Positions 1 to 14,800 of a stretch of DNA of 64,000 bases are shown here, in pieces. Position 1 is the stretch's first letter. Every line of letters starts with the position of its first letter. The position numbers and the translations under genes were made by a program. The stretch comes from Macrostomum hystrix (lineage: Eukaryota; Animalia; Platyhelminthes): NCBI GenBank assembly GCA_950097015.1, contig CATNEN010000001.1, positions 21,204,001-21,268,000 of the forward strand, given 5' to 3'. Under the pieces are notes generated by a model that worked only from the letters and a program-made list of their open reading frames with translations, had not been told where the DNA came from and did no database searches.

Positions 1-1252
1 AAGCCAAACGCCAAGCAAGCGAATGTCAGCTGAAGCAGCGCAATCGGCAGCTGAGTCAGGAGGTCCAGTTGACGATGCGTCAGGCTGCAGCGATCCTGCA
101 GGCCGCTGAGCGTGAGCAGACTCAGCATGCTCAGAAAGAGCAGAACAACTGCCAGGACAAGAAACAGCATCGTTGAATTCTGAAGGGAACGCGTTGGAAA
201 GCTGCGAGAGAAAAAACTGCAGCCTGAAATATGGCGGGCGCGAGCGACGCAGTCCAAAGTCCAGCGATTTCTTCGCCATCAAGTTTTTCTGTTCATCTCC
301 AATGCAAGCTGCGCATCGGGCCTGGCTCTGCAGTGACAGCGGCTGCATGGCTGCGCGCATCGGTGAAATGCAACAATTCTCTCCTGAATTGCTTCCAATG
401 ATGAAAGAATATTCACAGACATCATGCAGAATATGAATTGTAGCAGGCTAAATGCTTCGTTTGCAAAATAGAACCATAAAAATGTTTAACTGTGCTATGA
501 TGTCTTTGGAGTATATACAGTCCTGAATGCCGTCGATTTTCTTGGAATTTGCTTTTCCAGGAATTTTGTTATTTTTAATATATATATATATTTTTATTTA
601 TTTATTTAGAATTTCACTTTTCTAGAACTTTCCGTTTTTTAACATTCCCTGATCAGTATTTGAGTTTCCCAGAGTTTCCCGTTACTGCAAGATCCATTCC
701 TTTATATTTCTATTCCATTAATAAAGCTCACACTGCAGGGGCACGGCAAATTTTTGCTAAATTGCTCAAGTCAGCAACACGAGATTTTATTCCAGACAGC
801 AACGGCGCGCCAGCACAGAGAAGTGCATTCTTATATCAGACAGCGTCACGAAACATAGCTAAAAATCGATTAATCTCGTCTCCAGTGTACGCAGACAGGC
901 TTGATATACTTAAGACTTTGAACTGCTTGTTTACTCCGTGTTTCACTCGGAAAAGCCCTTAACCCCCTTTTCCTAACCCCGACAAAACTGTAGGTCGCAG
1001 TGTGGGGAGGGCTGCAGTGTACGCTAAAGAAATGTGCGCCCATTTTATCGCCAGCCAATCAGCGTCGAGAAAGGAAAGTGGGTGAGAGAAATTCTTCTAA
1101 CCCCATGGCCCCAAACCCTACAACCTCAACTCCTAGCTAGCAGTTTGTTAGTGAGCCGATCAATAAATCTTACGCCTCAACTAGGCGTGCAGACGTGAAA
1201 TTGATTTGTCCCCAGAACAATAATTCTGTAGAAAGGTCCACAGCACCGGCAA

Positions 1253-1990
1253 ATGTCTCGCCTGCGTCTTTACACTTCCGCTGGCCAGCGTCTATCGGTC
1301 AATAGTCGCGCCACCCTGCCGTTGGGCCTGGAAGTTCTGGGACACGACAGCGGCTCCCTGATTGGCTCCAGCGCCTCCTCTAGCTTGGCCATGGATCTAA
1401 ACGGCTACGACCAGGCCATTCAGGACCTGACTGAGTCATTGAACGAAGTGAAAATAACAGCGGCCCTGGCTCTGCAGGAGTCCCAGCTGGTTCGAGAGCA
1501 GATGCAGCAGGGCATTTTGTCTGTACTGTCCGAGCTCACTACAATGTGGTGCCAGGACTTTTGCCCGCCGCAGCAGCAGCTGCAGCAACAGCAGCAGCAG
1601 CAGCAGCAGCAGCACCAGTCACAGTCTGGCCTACTGATGCAAGCGCTTCAGGCGCCCGACTTCAGCGACTCGCCAACCGAATCTCTCACCGCCGGCATGC
1701 AATCCCCGGTTGGCGGCGGCAGCGGCGGCAGCAGCGTGGAAGATCAGCGCACAAACTTTCGCTACAAGACTCAGCTGTGCAAGAATTTCATGTCGGGAGG
1801 TCTGGGCCGCTGCCTGAAAGGCGACGCCTGCCAGTACGCCCACGGCCATCGCGAGCTGCGCCGCATCTGCGAGCACCCGCGGTACAAGACCAAGATGTGC
1901 TCACTGCAGAGCAGCCTAGGAGTCTGCCCGCATGGCGCCAGCTGCTTCTTCGCCCACCACCCCACCGAGCTGCGCGCCAAGGAGTTCTGA
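1253..1990 (+). CDS. Tandem CCCH zinc-finger RNA-binding protein (TIS11/ZFP36-like), single exon, 245 aa
   Basis: RYKTQLC-x10-C-x5-C-x3-H and RYKTKMC-x8-C-x5-C-x3-H separated by an 18-residue linker, with typical YKTxLC lead-ins; poly-Q N-terminal region; AT-rich 3' flank with AATAAA (~2069, ~2374). Confidence 0.85.
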   Translation: MSRLRLYTSAGQRLSVNSRATLPLGLEVLGHDSGSLIGSSASSSLAMDLNGYDQAIQDLTESLNEVKITAALALQESQLVREQMQQGILSVLSELTTMWCQDFCPPQQQLQQQQQQQQQQHQSQSGLLMQALQAPDFSDSPTESLTAGMQSPVGGGSGGSSVEDQRTNFRYKTQLCKNFMSGGLGRCLKGDACQYAHGHRELRRICEHPRYKTKMCSLQSSLGVCPHGASCFFAHHPTELRAKEF

Positions 1991-3989
1991 ATCCGAGCCG
2001 AAGACTCAAGGCGCAGTAGTCTACTAATAGTAGGACTGTAAGTTTTTTTGCTGAAATCAGCTCTTCTAAATAAAAACTAAGTCTAGCGGCTGTTAAAGCT
2101 CAATTACCAGATTAACAGATTCGCATGAACAAATATGCCGCAATAATCAAGACCTTTTTGGCAGAAATAGTTTTTGTTTCCCTGGCGAAATGAGTTGATT
2201 TAAGAGTAGAATAGTTACTTTTTGATTCAATATTTTCAAATTTTATTGCAATATGAAATATTAATGGTCCCATTGTGAGCTGTTTTGATTTTTTGATTCA
2301 CTTTTTCATCACTTCCAACAAAGCCAATATTTATCCCACCACGTCTTTTTGTAACAAATCTTCAGTTTCAATAATAAAATATTTAAATTAAAGTGATTGA
2401 CAATTTTGTTTATTAAAAATTAAAATAACCTGTTTGAAAAATGGAGTAAAAATATATAATAAGCAATGAATTCAATAACAGTTTCTTGGAAAAATTAATG
2501 CGTTCACTGTTTCTTACTGTTTAACCTAATGTACATGTGGGGATTCGAACTTCGGACCATGGCATTAAGCTCCGGAAGCCTGGGAACAGCGCTGAGCACG
2601 CACGAGGACTTTAGGGTTTTCACAGCCACTCAAATTTCTTCTACTCTAAGCTGGGATTCGAACTCTGCACCTCCCGCTGCAGTGGGGCATGTCCAGAAGG
2701 ACTAGGCATGTTTATCTACTCATGCAGAGGTCATTTGAGCCTCCCTATCTCCCACTGGGATTTTTTCCTGGGCGTTCCCCACACCACCCAAATGATTGCT
2801 GGCAGGCGACTCTCCAACCAACCCGTCTCCCAACCCCCCTATGCTCAAACGCTGCTCAACATATTGGCAGCTACTGGGCCGCATAGACCTGAGAAAATCC
2901 TTCCTGCTGTTTTATGGTGAGCTCTTCGCCTATTGGACAATGGGCGACTGGGCGAGAAAGAGAGAGAAAGGAAGAGAGGAGGTAGATATAAGTAAAAATC
3001 CGGCTGGAAAGTCGACAAATATTCTTAGCGATATTCCAGCAATCAGCCCTGCTGTATTTCTAGATTACTTAATCTTGTCGGCTCTGTTTGGCTTGGGTGA
3101 GTAGTTTATTGTTTGTCAAGTTTAACTGACGTCCTCGGTTCGAATCTTCGACAGATTTATGTGAAGGCTTGGGTAGGGCTTGTCGTGCAAGTTATGCCAT
3201 AGAGGGCCAACTCCCAAGACACGGTGAGAGTGAACACCTGAGTGAGTGTGAGTGCCTGCGAACAGTATCTGTGTGCGTGTGTGCTCTGGAGTCAGCGGAA
3301 TGCCCAGAATTGCCTCCTCGCTTGCTGCTCGCTGGCTACAGACAGAGTACTACACATTAGATTTATTTAGGAGAGAATTACAATTATATTTCTACTGACC
3401 CCATAGTGACTCATCCTATACAGATCCTTGAGAGCTTGAGTACTCAACTCAAATGCTAGACAATTTTACCTGGCCTAGCAGAGGAGTGGGTAGGCAGGAA
3501 GGGCGATCGACAGCATGATCCCAAGTCCAAGCACGCAGTGCTGAACTTTCTGTGTGTGCCTAGGGAGGCTCTGCTAAGAGATCAGAAGGGACCAGGCAGT
3601 TAGGAGCTGTTGGAGGAGGCAAGGCTAGGCTAAGGCACTATTGGAGGTACCTGGGGCAGGGGGTAGGATCAGGGGCGGTGGCTTTGGAGTGGCCAGTGAC
3701 TGCAGCCACTGCATTTGATTAGTCACATGGGTACTAGGGTGGGTAGCCAGTTGGCATTCCTTTTGTTTGAGCTTACAAAGCTAAAATAAGTCAGCTCAGA
3801 GAGGAATAACTGTTGCCTCCTCTGTAAATATGCCTGCCTGCTGTGCTGCCTAAATGGGATTGGGATCTTTAGATACCAGTTTAAAGGGCGGGACAGGAAA
3901 TCGTTATTGCTGTAGCCGTTCTTCTCTTGGCGAGAACTGCCGGTTGATTTGTGACTTGACAAACGGCCAAATGTCTCAGCGAATATACA

Positions 3990-5730
3990 GATGTGCTGAC
4001 ACAAATGGATATAGACAAATGGATAGCGACAGATGGATAGGCACAGATGGATAGAGACAGATGGATAGAGACAGATAGATAGAGACAGATGGATAGAGAC
4101 AGATGGATAGCGACAGATGGATAGGCACAGATGGATAGAGACAGATGGATAGAGACAGATGGATAGAGACAGATGGATAGAGACAGATGATCGAAGACAC
4201 GTAGACGGAGGCAGATAGACTGAGACAGGTAGATAGATAGATAGCGACTGGCAGATAAAGACGGGTAGATAGAGACAGGCATATAGAGACAGGTAGGTAG
4301 AGATTTGTAGATTGAGACAGGTAGATTGACACAGGTAGATAGAGACAGGTAGATAGAGACAGGTAGATAGGGACAGGTAGATAGAGACAGGTAGATTGAA
4401 ACAGGTAGATATAAAAGGTATATGGAGAAAGGCAGATAGAAACAGGTAGATTGAGACAGGTAGATAGAGACAGGTAGATTCAGACAGGTAGATAGAGACA
4501 GGTAGATAGAGACAGGTAGATAGAGACAGGTAGATTCAGACAGGTAGATAGAGACAGGTAGATAGAGACAGGTAGGTAGAGATAGGTAGATAGAGACAGG
4601 TAGATAGAGACAGGTAGATAGAGACAGGTAGATAAAGACGGGTAGATAGAAACAGGTAGATATAAAAGGTATATGGAGAAAGGCAGATAGAAACAGGTAG
4701 ATTGAGACAGGTAGATAGAGACAGGTAGATTCAGACAGGTAGATAGAGGCAGTTAGATAGAGACAGGTAGATAGAGACAGGTAGATTCAGACAGGTAGAT
4801 TCAGATAGGTAGATAGAGACAGGTGGATTCAGACAGGTAGATAGAGACAGGTAGATAGAGACAGGTAGATAGAGACAGGTAGATTCAGACAGGTAGATAG
4901 AGACAGGTAGATAGAGACAGGTAGGTAGAGATTGGTAGATAGAGACAGGTAGATAGAGACAGGTAGATAGAGACAGGTAGATAAAGACGGGTAGATAGAA
5001 ACAGGTAGATATAAAAGGTATATGGAGAAAGGCAGATAGAAACAGTTAGATTGAGACAGGTAGATAGAGACAGGTAGATAGAGACAGGTAGATTCAGACA
5101 GGTAGATAGAGACAGGTAGATAGAGACAGGTAGGTAGAGATTGGTAGATAGAGACAGGTAGATAGAGACAGGTAGATAGAGACAGGTAGATAAAGACGGG
5201 TAGATAGAAACAGGTAGATATAAAAGGTATATGGAGAAAGGCAGATAGAAACAGTTAGATTGAGACAGGTAGATAGAGACAGGTAGATTCAGACAGGTAG
5301 ATAGAGACAGGTAGATAGAGACAGGTAGATAGAGACAGGTAGATAGAGACAGGTAGATAGAGACAGGTAGATAGAGACAGGTAGATAGAGACAGGTAGAT
5401 AGAGACAGGTAGATAGAGACAGGTAGATAGTGACAGGTAGATAGTGACAGGTAGATAGTGACAGGTAGATAGAGACAGGTAGATAGTGACAGGTAGATAG
5501 AGACAGGTAGATAGAGACAGGTAGATAGAGACAGGTAGATAGAGACAGGTAGATAGTGACAGGTAGATAGTGACAGGTAGATAGTGACAGGTAGATAGAG
5601 ACAGGTAGATAGTGACAGGTAGATAGAGACAGGTAGATAGAGACAGGTAGATAGAGACAGGTAGATAGAGACAGGTAGATTGAGACAGGTAGATAGAGAC
5701 AGGTAGATAGAGACAGGTAGATAGGGATAG
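3990..5730. repeat. 14-bp minisatellite (AGACAGGTAGATAG)n with variants
   Basis: Visible tandem array of ~1.7 kb immediately upstream of the IF gene. Confidence 0.95.
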
Positions 5731-5832
5731 GCGGACATCGACACTAAAAAGCCAATCTCAGTTCACCCAATTTTCAATCAAGCGGGTTTCTCAGTTGAGT
5801 GTCAGCGGCTGATCTCACACCCGCAGCATCCG

Positions 5833-8800
5833 ATGGACAGCATGGACCCGAATGTGCAAATGTACCACTCGCAGCAGCAGAGCAGTGTCAAGCGAACCGG
5901 CGGACTCAGCAAGATGGAGGTCACGGATGTGGCTTCAAACTACAGCGCGGTGTCGAATCCCAGACAGGCAACGGTGTCTCGAACCCAAGGCTCCACGACT
6001 GTGCAGTACAGCTCGACTAAGACTTCGAGATCAAGGCGGGCTTCGCTTGAGGCTGACATACCGGACATCAAGCACGTTGTGGAGGCGCGTGGCAAGAGCA
6101 AGAAGGAGATGCAGGAGCTGAACGAGAGACTGGCCGGATACATCGAGAAGGTAGGCGATGAAAGCTGCGGCTGCAGTTGCTGGGGTACTTGCTGTATGGG
6201 TCATCGGACTCGATGGAAGGGGGTCATCCTACTGGATGGAAGGGGGTCATCCTACTGGATGGAAGGGAGTCATTGTACTGGATGGAAGGGGGTCATTGTA
6301 CTGGATGGAAGGGGGTCATTGTACTGGATGGAAGGGGGTCATTGTACTGGATGGAAGGGGGTCATTGTACTGGATGGAAGGGGGTCATCCTACTGGATGG
6401 AAGGGGGTCATCCTACTGGATGGAAGGGGGTCATCCTACTGGATGGAAGGGAGTCATTGTACTGGATGGAAGGGGGTCATTGTACTGGATGGAAGGGGGT
6501 CATTGTACTGGATGGAAGGGGGTCATTGTACTGGATGGAAGGGGGTCATTGTACTGGATGGAAGGGGGTCATTGTACTGGATGGAAGGGGGTCATTGTAC
6601 TGGATGGAAGGGGGTCATTGTACTGGATGGAAGGGGGTCATTGTACTGGATGGAAGGGGGTCATTGTACTGGATGTAAGGGGGTCATTGTACTGGATGGA
6701 AGGGGGTCATTGTACTGGATGGAAGGGGGTCATCCTACTGGATGGAAGGGGGTCATCCTACTGGATGGAAGGGGTCATTGTCCTGGATGGAAGGGGGTCA
6801 TTGTACTGGATGGAAGGGGGTCATCCTACCTGATGGAAGGGGTCATCCTACTGGGTGGTAGGGGGTCACTCTCCTAAATTGTATAGCGACATCCTTCATT
6901 TCTAAATAACTTTAATTAAATTTTCTTTACGCACTGGTCAGATGATAATTTGTCGGCCATAACTGCTTTAAAAGGTAAGGAAGTTAAAAAAGATATGTAG
7001 CAATGGCGTTTTGGTAAACCTATTTATAATAAAGCAAAAGCAAATTCAAAAAACAAATTTTAAATAATTCGTTGATTATAACAATATTCCAACAAGCAAA
7101 CCATTCAGCGATGGCTTAGTCAGATTTCACACGTTAAAGAGCATTTTTGTGATCACGAGTCACAATGAGTCGGACCTCAAGTTTGACCAAATTACAGCTT
7201 TCTGACACCGTGGGAACTCTGGCATGAGAATTTATTTTGAGTAGTTTGTTCTAACAAATTTAGAAGTGGCATGATGCTTAAAAAACGTGTTATTAGCTTT
7301 GGATTGCAGTTATATTTGACTGCTGTGATGGAAAATTAGTTAGGTCCTTGTGCGGTGATAGGGAATCAAGGATGACCCAATGTTAGGGGTAGTTCATTAG
7401 ACAATGACCGAGTGTTAGAGGGTGGTCATTCTACAATGACCGAGTGTTAGAGGGAGGTCATTCTACAATGACCGAGTGTTAGAGGGAGGTCATTCTACAA
7501 TGACCGAGTGTTAGAGGGAGGTCATTCTACAATGACCGAGTGTTAGAGGGAGGTCATTCTACAATGACCGAGTGTTAGAGGGAGGTCATTCTACAATGAC
7601 CGAGTGTTAGAGGGTGGTCATTCTACAATGACCGAATGTTGGAAAGGACAATCTCAAATGATCGAATGTTAAGAAGGTCATTCGAAAATGACCGAATGTT
7701 GGAAAGGTCATTCTACAATGACCGAATGCTAGGAAGGGCAATCTCAAATGATCGAATGTTAGGGAGGTCATTCTAAAATGACCGAACGTTAAGAAAGTCA
7801 TTCTATAATGACCGAACGTTAAGAAGGTCATTCTAAAATGACCGAACGTTAAGATGGTCATTCTAAAATGACCGAATGTTGGGAAGGTAATTCTACAACG
7901 ACCGAGTGTTAGAGGGAGGTCATTCAACAATAACCGAGTGTTAGGGAGGTCATTCGAAAACTACCGAATGTTAGGGAGGTCATTCTAAAATTATAGAATG
8001 TTGGGAAGTTCATTCTAAATTATAGAATGTTGGAAAGGTCATTCTACGATGACCGAACGCTAGGAAGGACGATCTCAAATGATCGAATGTTAAGATGGTC
8101 ATTCTAAAATGACCGAATGTTGGGAAGGTCATTCTAAAATGACAGAATGTTGGGATGGTCATTCTACAATGACTGAATGTAAGGGAGGTCATTCTACAAT
8201 AACCTAACGTTCAGAAGGTCATTCTAAAATGACCGGATTTTGTAAAGATCATTCCAAAATGACAGAATATTAGGAAGGTCATTCAACAATAACCGAGTGA
8301 AAGGTGTGTCGCGGCATCAGCACTGTTTTGCTGCTTCCAGACCCGCTACTTGCAAGCGCAGAACAAGAAGCTGAAGGACGAACTGGCCGGCCTGAAAGCC
8401 CGCTGGGGCAAGGAGACCGAGAAGATCCGCCAGATGTACGACGTCGAGCTGAAGCAGCTCCGGCGGCTGCTGGACGACGCCGAAAGGATGAAGGGCGAGA
8501 AGGACGCCAAGCTGGCCTCGCTGGATGCCTACACCAAGGACATGCGTGAGCAGTGAGTAACCGCGGCTGCCGTACTCATGAGAGCACTCCAGAGCTGAAA
8601 ATATGTGCTCTTTAAATGCTTTTTAAAAAGTAGTCATTGTACTGGATGGAAGGGGTCATTGTACTGGATGGAAGGGGGTCATTGTACTGGATGGAAGGGG
8701 TCATTGTACTGGATGGAAGGGGCTCATTGTTCTGGATGGAAGGGGGTCATTGTACTGGATGGAAGGGGGTCATTGTACTGGATGGATTGGGAGGTCATTG

Positions 8801-11800
8801 TACTAGATAGTAGGGGGTCATTGTACTGGATGGAAGGGGGTCATTGTCCTGGATGGAAGGGGTTCATTGTACTGGATGGAAGGAGGTCATTGTACTGGAT
8901 GGAAGTGGGTCATTGTACTGGATGGAAGGGGGTCATTGTATTGGATGGAAGGGGGTCATTGTACTGGATGGAAAGGGGTCATTGTACTGGATGGAAAGGG
9001 GTCATTGTCCTGGATGGAAGGGGGTCATTGTAATAGATAGTAGGGGGTCATTGTACTGGATAAATGAGGGTCATTGTACTGGATAGTAGGGGGTAATTTT
9101 ACTGGATTTAAGGGGGTCATCCTACAGGATTTAAAGGGGTGATAATTCCTTACTACAGTGAAAAGGGGTAAAAACATACCTAAGGAAGGGTCATCATACT
9201 GATTAGATGTAGTCCTCCTACAGAATAATAGGGGCTCTGTCTTTCAGTTGTAATTAGGTATTTCATGTAAACCACAAATCTGATAATCGGCATTTCCTGA
9301 ATTGGTTACAAAATCAATCTCGCATAACAGTTTCATTTTATTTTTTGGGCCCACTCTTGACAGGACTACTGAAGGATCAGGGGTAGAACTAGGACTACTG
9401 AAAGATCAGGGGTAGAACTAGGACTACAGAAAGATCAGGGATAGAACTAGGACTGCTAAAGGATCAGGGGGTAGAACTGGGACTACTGAAGGATCAGGGG
9501 GTAGAAATAGGACTACTGAAAGATCAGGGGGGTAGAACTAGGACTACTGAAAGATCAGGGGGGTAGAACTAGGACTACTGAAGGATCAGGGGTAGAACTA
9601 GGACTGCTGAAGGATCAGGGGTAGAACTAGGACTACTGAAAGATCAGGGGGTAGAAATAGGACTACTGAAAGATCAGGGGGTAGAACTAGGACTACTGAA
9701 GGATCAGGGGGTAGAAATAGGACTACTGAAAGATCAGGGGGGTAGAACTAGGACTACTGAAGGATCAGGGGTAGAACTAGGACTACTGAAGGATCAGGGG
9801 TAGAACTAGGACTGCTGAAGGATCAGGGGTAGAACTAGGACTACTGAAGGATCAGGGGTAGAACTAGGACTGTTTAAGGATAAGGGGTAGAACTAGGACT
9901 GTTTAAGGATAAAGGGGTAGAACTAGGACTGTTTAAGGATAAAGGGGTAGAACTAGAACTACTGAAGGATCAGGGGTAGAACTAGGACTGTTTAAGGATA
10001 AGGGGTAGAACTAGGACTGTTTAAGGATAAAGGGGTAGAACTAGGACTACTGAAGGATCAGGGGTAGAGCTAGGACTGTTTAAGGATAAGGGGGTAGGGT
10101 TTATTCAAATATATATATCAATGCGAAAAAGACAATGTGAAAATTATAACAAACATTAGTTTTATTTTCAACTCGTAGCTATTCTGTATGAGTTCAATTT
10201 TTCAGCGTATGTTACTAGTCATTACATGCTAGAATAGTAGAGCATAACAAAATCGATTTTTTCCACTGCAGGAACTGATCGTAGGAGAACTGCAGCTCAT
10301 TGAATAACTTCTCAGTTAGTTAGACTTCCCAGGCAGCAGTTGATTCGCACAGCAACTTCCCGCCCCAATGTACTGTCCCCCCCTGTCTGGGTCTCTACCG
10401 TTTGACCAGACCGCTCTATTGAAGAGTACTGAGACTAAAAGTGCAAATTGTCTGTCCCATTTCTTTCGGGAGAGCATAATGGCCAATTCAGATCCTAAAA
10501 GATGAGGATAATGACCTATTCAGATCCTGCAAGATGAGGATAATGACCTATTCAGATCCTGCAAGATGAGGATAATGACCAATTCAGATCCTAAAAGATG
10601 AGGATAATGACCAATTCAGATCCTAAAAGATGAGGATAATGACCTATTCAGATCCTGCAAGATGAGGATAATGACCAATTCAGATCCTACAAGATGAGGA
10701 TAATGACCTATTCAGATCCTACAAGATGAGGATAATGACCAATTCAGATCCTGCAAGATGAGGATAATGACCTATTCAGATCCTGCAAGATGAGGATAAT
10801 GACCAATTCAGATCCTACAAGATGAGGATAATGACCTATTCAGATCCTACAAGATGAGGATAATGACCAATTCAGATCCTAAAAGATGAGGATAATGACC
10901 AATTCAGATCCTAAAGGATGAGGATAATGACCTATTCAGATCCTAAAGGATGAGGATAATGACCAATTCAGATCCTACAAGATGAGGATAATGACCAATT
11001 CAGATCCTACAAGATGAGGATAATGACCTATTCAGATCCTACAAGATGAGGATAATGACCTATTCAGATCCTGCAAGATGAGGATAATGACCAATTCAGA
11101 TCCTACAAGATGAGGATAATGACCTATTCAGATCCTACAAGATGAGGATAATGACCAATTCAGATCCTGCAAGATGAGGATAATGACCTATTCAGATCCT
11201 GCAAGATGAGGATAATGACCAATTCAGATCCTACAAGATGAGGATAATGACCTATTCAGATCCTACAAGATGAGGATAATGACCAATTCAGATCCTAAAA
11301 GATGAGGATAATGACCAATTCAGATCCTAAAGGATGAGGATAATGACCAATTCAGATCCTAAAGGATGAGGATAATGACCAATTCAGATCCTACAAGATG
11401 AGGATAATGACCAATTCAGATCCTAAAAGATGAGGATAATGACCTATTCAGATCCTGCAAGATGAGGATAATGACCAATTCAGATCCTACAAGATGAGGA
11501 TAATGACCTATTCAGATCCTACAAGATGAGGATAATGACCAATTCAGATCCTAAAAGATGAGGATAATGATCAATTCAGATCCTAAAGGATGAGGATAAT
11601 GACCAATTCAGATCCTAAAGGATGAGGATAATGACCAATTCAGATCCTACAAGATGAGGATAATGACCTATTCAGATCCTACAAGATGAGGATAATGACC
11701 AATTCAGATCCTAAAAGATGAGGATAATGACCAATTCAGATCCTAAAGGATGAGGATAATGACCTATTCAGATCCTGCAAGATGAGGATAATGACCTATT

Positions 11801-14800
11801 CAGATCCTACAAGATGAGGATAATGACCTATTCAGATCCTACAAGATGAGGATAATGACCAATTCAGATCCTGCAAGATGAGGATAATGACCTATTCAGA
11901 TCCTGCAAGATGAGGATAATGACCAATTCAGATCCTACAAGATGAGGATAATGACCTATTCAGATCCTACAAGATGAGGATAATGACCAATTCAGATCCT
12001 AAAAGATGAGGATAATGACCAATTCAGATCCTAAAGGATGAGGATAATGACCTATTCAGATCCTAAAGGATGAGGATAATGACCAATTCAGATCCTACAA
12101 GATGAGGATAATGACCAATTCAGATCCTACAAGATGAGGATAATGACCTATTCAGATCCTACAAGATGAGGATAATGACCTATTCAGATCCTGCAAGATG
12201 AGGATAATGACCAATTCAGATCCTACAAGATGAGGATAATGACCTATTCAGATCCTACAAGATGAGGATAATGACCAATTCAGATCCTGCAAGATGAGGA
12301 TAATGACCTATTCAGATCCTGCAAGATGAGGATAATGACCAATTCAGATCCTACAAGATGAGGATAATGACCTATTCAGATCCTACAAGATGAGGATAAT
12401 GACCAATTCAGATCCTACAAGATGAGGATAATGACCAATTCAGATCCTGCAAGATGAGGATAATGACCTATTCAGATCCTGCAAGATGAGGATAATGACC
12501 AATTCAGATCCTACAAGATGAGGATAATGACCTATTCAGATCCTACAAGATGAGGATAATGACCAATTCAGATCCTAAAAGATGAGGATAATGATCAATT
12601 CAGATCCTAAAGGATGAGGATAATGACCAATTCAGATCCTAAAGGATGAGGATAATGACCAATTCAGATCCTACAAGATGAGGATAATGACCTATTCAGA
12701 TCCTACAAGATGAGGATAATGACCAATTCAGATCCTAAAAGATGAGGATAATGACCAATTCAGATCCTAAAGGATGAGGATAATGACCTATTCAGATCCT
12801 GCAAGATGAGGATAATGACCTATTCAGATCCTACAAGATGAGGATAATGACCTATTCAGATCCTACAAGATGAGGATAATGACCAATTCAGATCCTAAAA
12901 GATGAGGATAATGATCAATTCAGATCCTAAAGGATGAGGATAATGACCAATTCAGATCCTAAAGGATGAGGATAATGACCAATTCAGATCCTACAAGATG
13001 AGGATAATGACCTATTCAGATCCTACAAGATGAGGATAATGACCAATTCAGATCCTAAAAGATGAGGATAATGATCAATTCAGATCCTAAAGGATGAGGA
13101 TAATGACCAATTCAGATCCTAAAGGATGAGGATAATGACCAATTCAGATCCTACAAGATGAGGATAATGACCTATTCAGATCCTACAAGATGAGGATAAT
13201 GACCAATTCAGATCCTAAAAGATGAGGATAATGACCAATTCAGATCCTAAAGGATGAGGATAATGACCAATTCAGATCCTACAAGATGAGGATAATGACC
13301 TATTCAGATCCTGCAAGATGAGGATAATGACCAATTCAGATCCTACAAGATGAGGATAATGACCTATTCAGATCCTACAAGATGAGGATAATGACCAATT
13401 CAGATCCTAAAAGATGAGGATAATGACCAATTCAGATCCTAAAGGATGAGGATAATGACCAATTCAGATCCTAAAGGATGAGGATAATGACCAATTCAGA
13501 TCCTACAAGATGAGGATAATGACCAATTCAGATCCTACAAGATGAGGATAATGACCAATTCAGATCCTAAAGGATGAGGATAATGACCAATTCAGATCCT
13601 ACAAGATGAGGATAATGACCAATTCAGATCCTAAAAGATGAGGATAATGACCAATTCAGATCCTAAAAGATGAGGACAATGACCAATTCAGATCCTAAAA
13701 GATGAGGATAATGACCTATTCAGATCCTAAAGGATGAGGATAATGACCTATTCAGATCCTAAAGGATGAGGATAATGACCAATTCAGATCCTACAAGATG
13801 AGGATAATGACCAATTCAGATCCTAAAGGATGAGGATAATGACCTATTCAGATCCTAAAGGATGAGGATAATGACCAATTCAGATCCTAAAGGATGAGGA
13901 TAATGACCTATTCAGATCCTAAAGGATGAGGATAATGACCTATTCAGATCCTAAAGGATGAGGATAATGACCAAAATACTAGCGTAGATTCTGAAAACTT
14001 TTTTCATTGAACAATGAAGCAATTGAACAACCTGACGACCTGCACAGGCTCACTGAGACGAACAACCAGAACGAGAGCTGCAACGAGAAGATCGATCGTC
14101 AAAATCACGAGCTCTCCGATCGCGACGGCGAGATCGCCCTACTTCGCCGGCGACTTGCTCAACTGGAGGGCGAGAAGTCTCGGCTGAAGCAGCAGATGGG
14201 CAAGATGAAAGATGACGTGGCGCGTCTGCACACGGATCTGGACGCTGAGACTGCGGCCCGCATCGGGGCCCAGACCGAGAACCAGACACTGCGCGAGGAG
14301 CTAGAGTTCTTGAAGAGGGTGCACGATCAGGTAAAGGCGCTGCGGCGGAGAGAAGGATTGGGGGCATGTTGCTCAACAGACGCCTTGGAGCCGCGAGGCA
14401 CAGTGAAAATGTACACTGCCTGATTATGAGAAAGTCAGGGCAGATGTACACACCTGTGTGAGTATATGCTCAGGAGTCAGCGAAATGGGACAGAATTGCC
14501 TCCTCGCTGGCTGCGGGTCTATTATGACCAAATGATGTGCATTCCCTGCAGCCCTCCTGCAATTATTATTATTATTGTAGCTCTACTAACAATTCCAACA
14601 ATGCAGGAAATCAAGGAGCTGTACGTGCTGGTGAAGAAGGACGAGGACGAAAGTCGTGAGTTCTGGAAGACCGAACTGGGCCAGGCAATTCACGAGATCC
14701 AGAAGGAGTACGACGAGAAGGTCGACCTGGTCAGGCTGGAGCTGGAGTCCATCTACATGACCAAGGTGAGCACGGGAGCTCATCAGGAATGCCTTGTGGG

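Noticed and set aside
1-470. Coding-like GC-rich sequence at the window start
   Set aside because: Stops in the plausible frames and no recognisable domain; context lies outside the window.
2535-2700. tRNA genes (two GGGATTCGAAC B-box-like motifs on the minus strand)
   Set aside because: No cloverleaf could be built; at most degenerate SINE heads.
6151-6877. W/G-rich ORFs extending IF exon 1, and similar ORFs at 8605-9086, 3881-5744, 18783-19310, 39496-40760, 63487-63999
   Set aside because: All are tandem-repeat translations; IF exon 1 ends at a GT donor at 6151.
10478-13975. CRISPR-like appearance of regularly spaced ~32-bp repeats (also the 47-bp array at 53991-54328)
   Set aside because: Units are head-to-tail with no unique spacers, there are no cas genes, and the context is eukaryotic.
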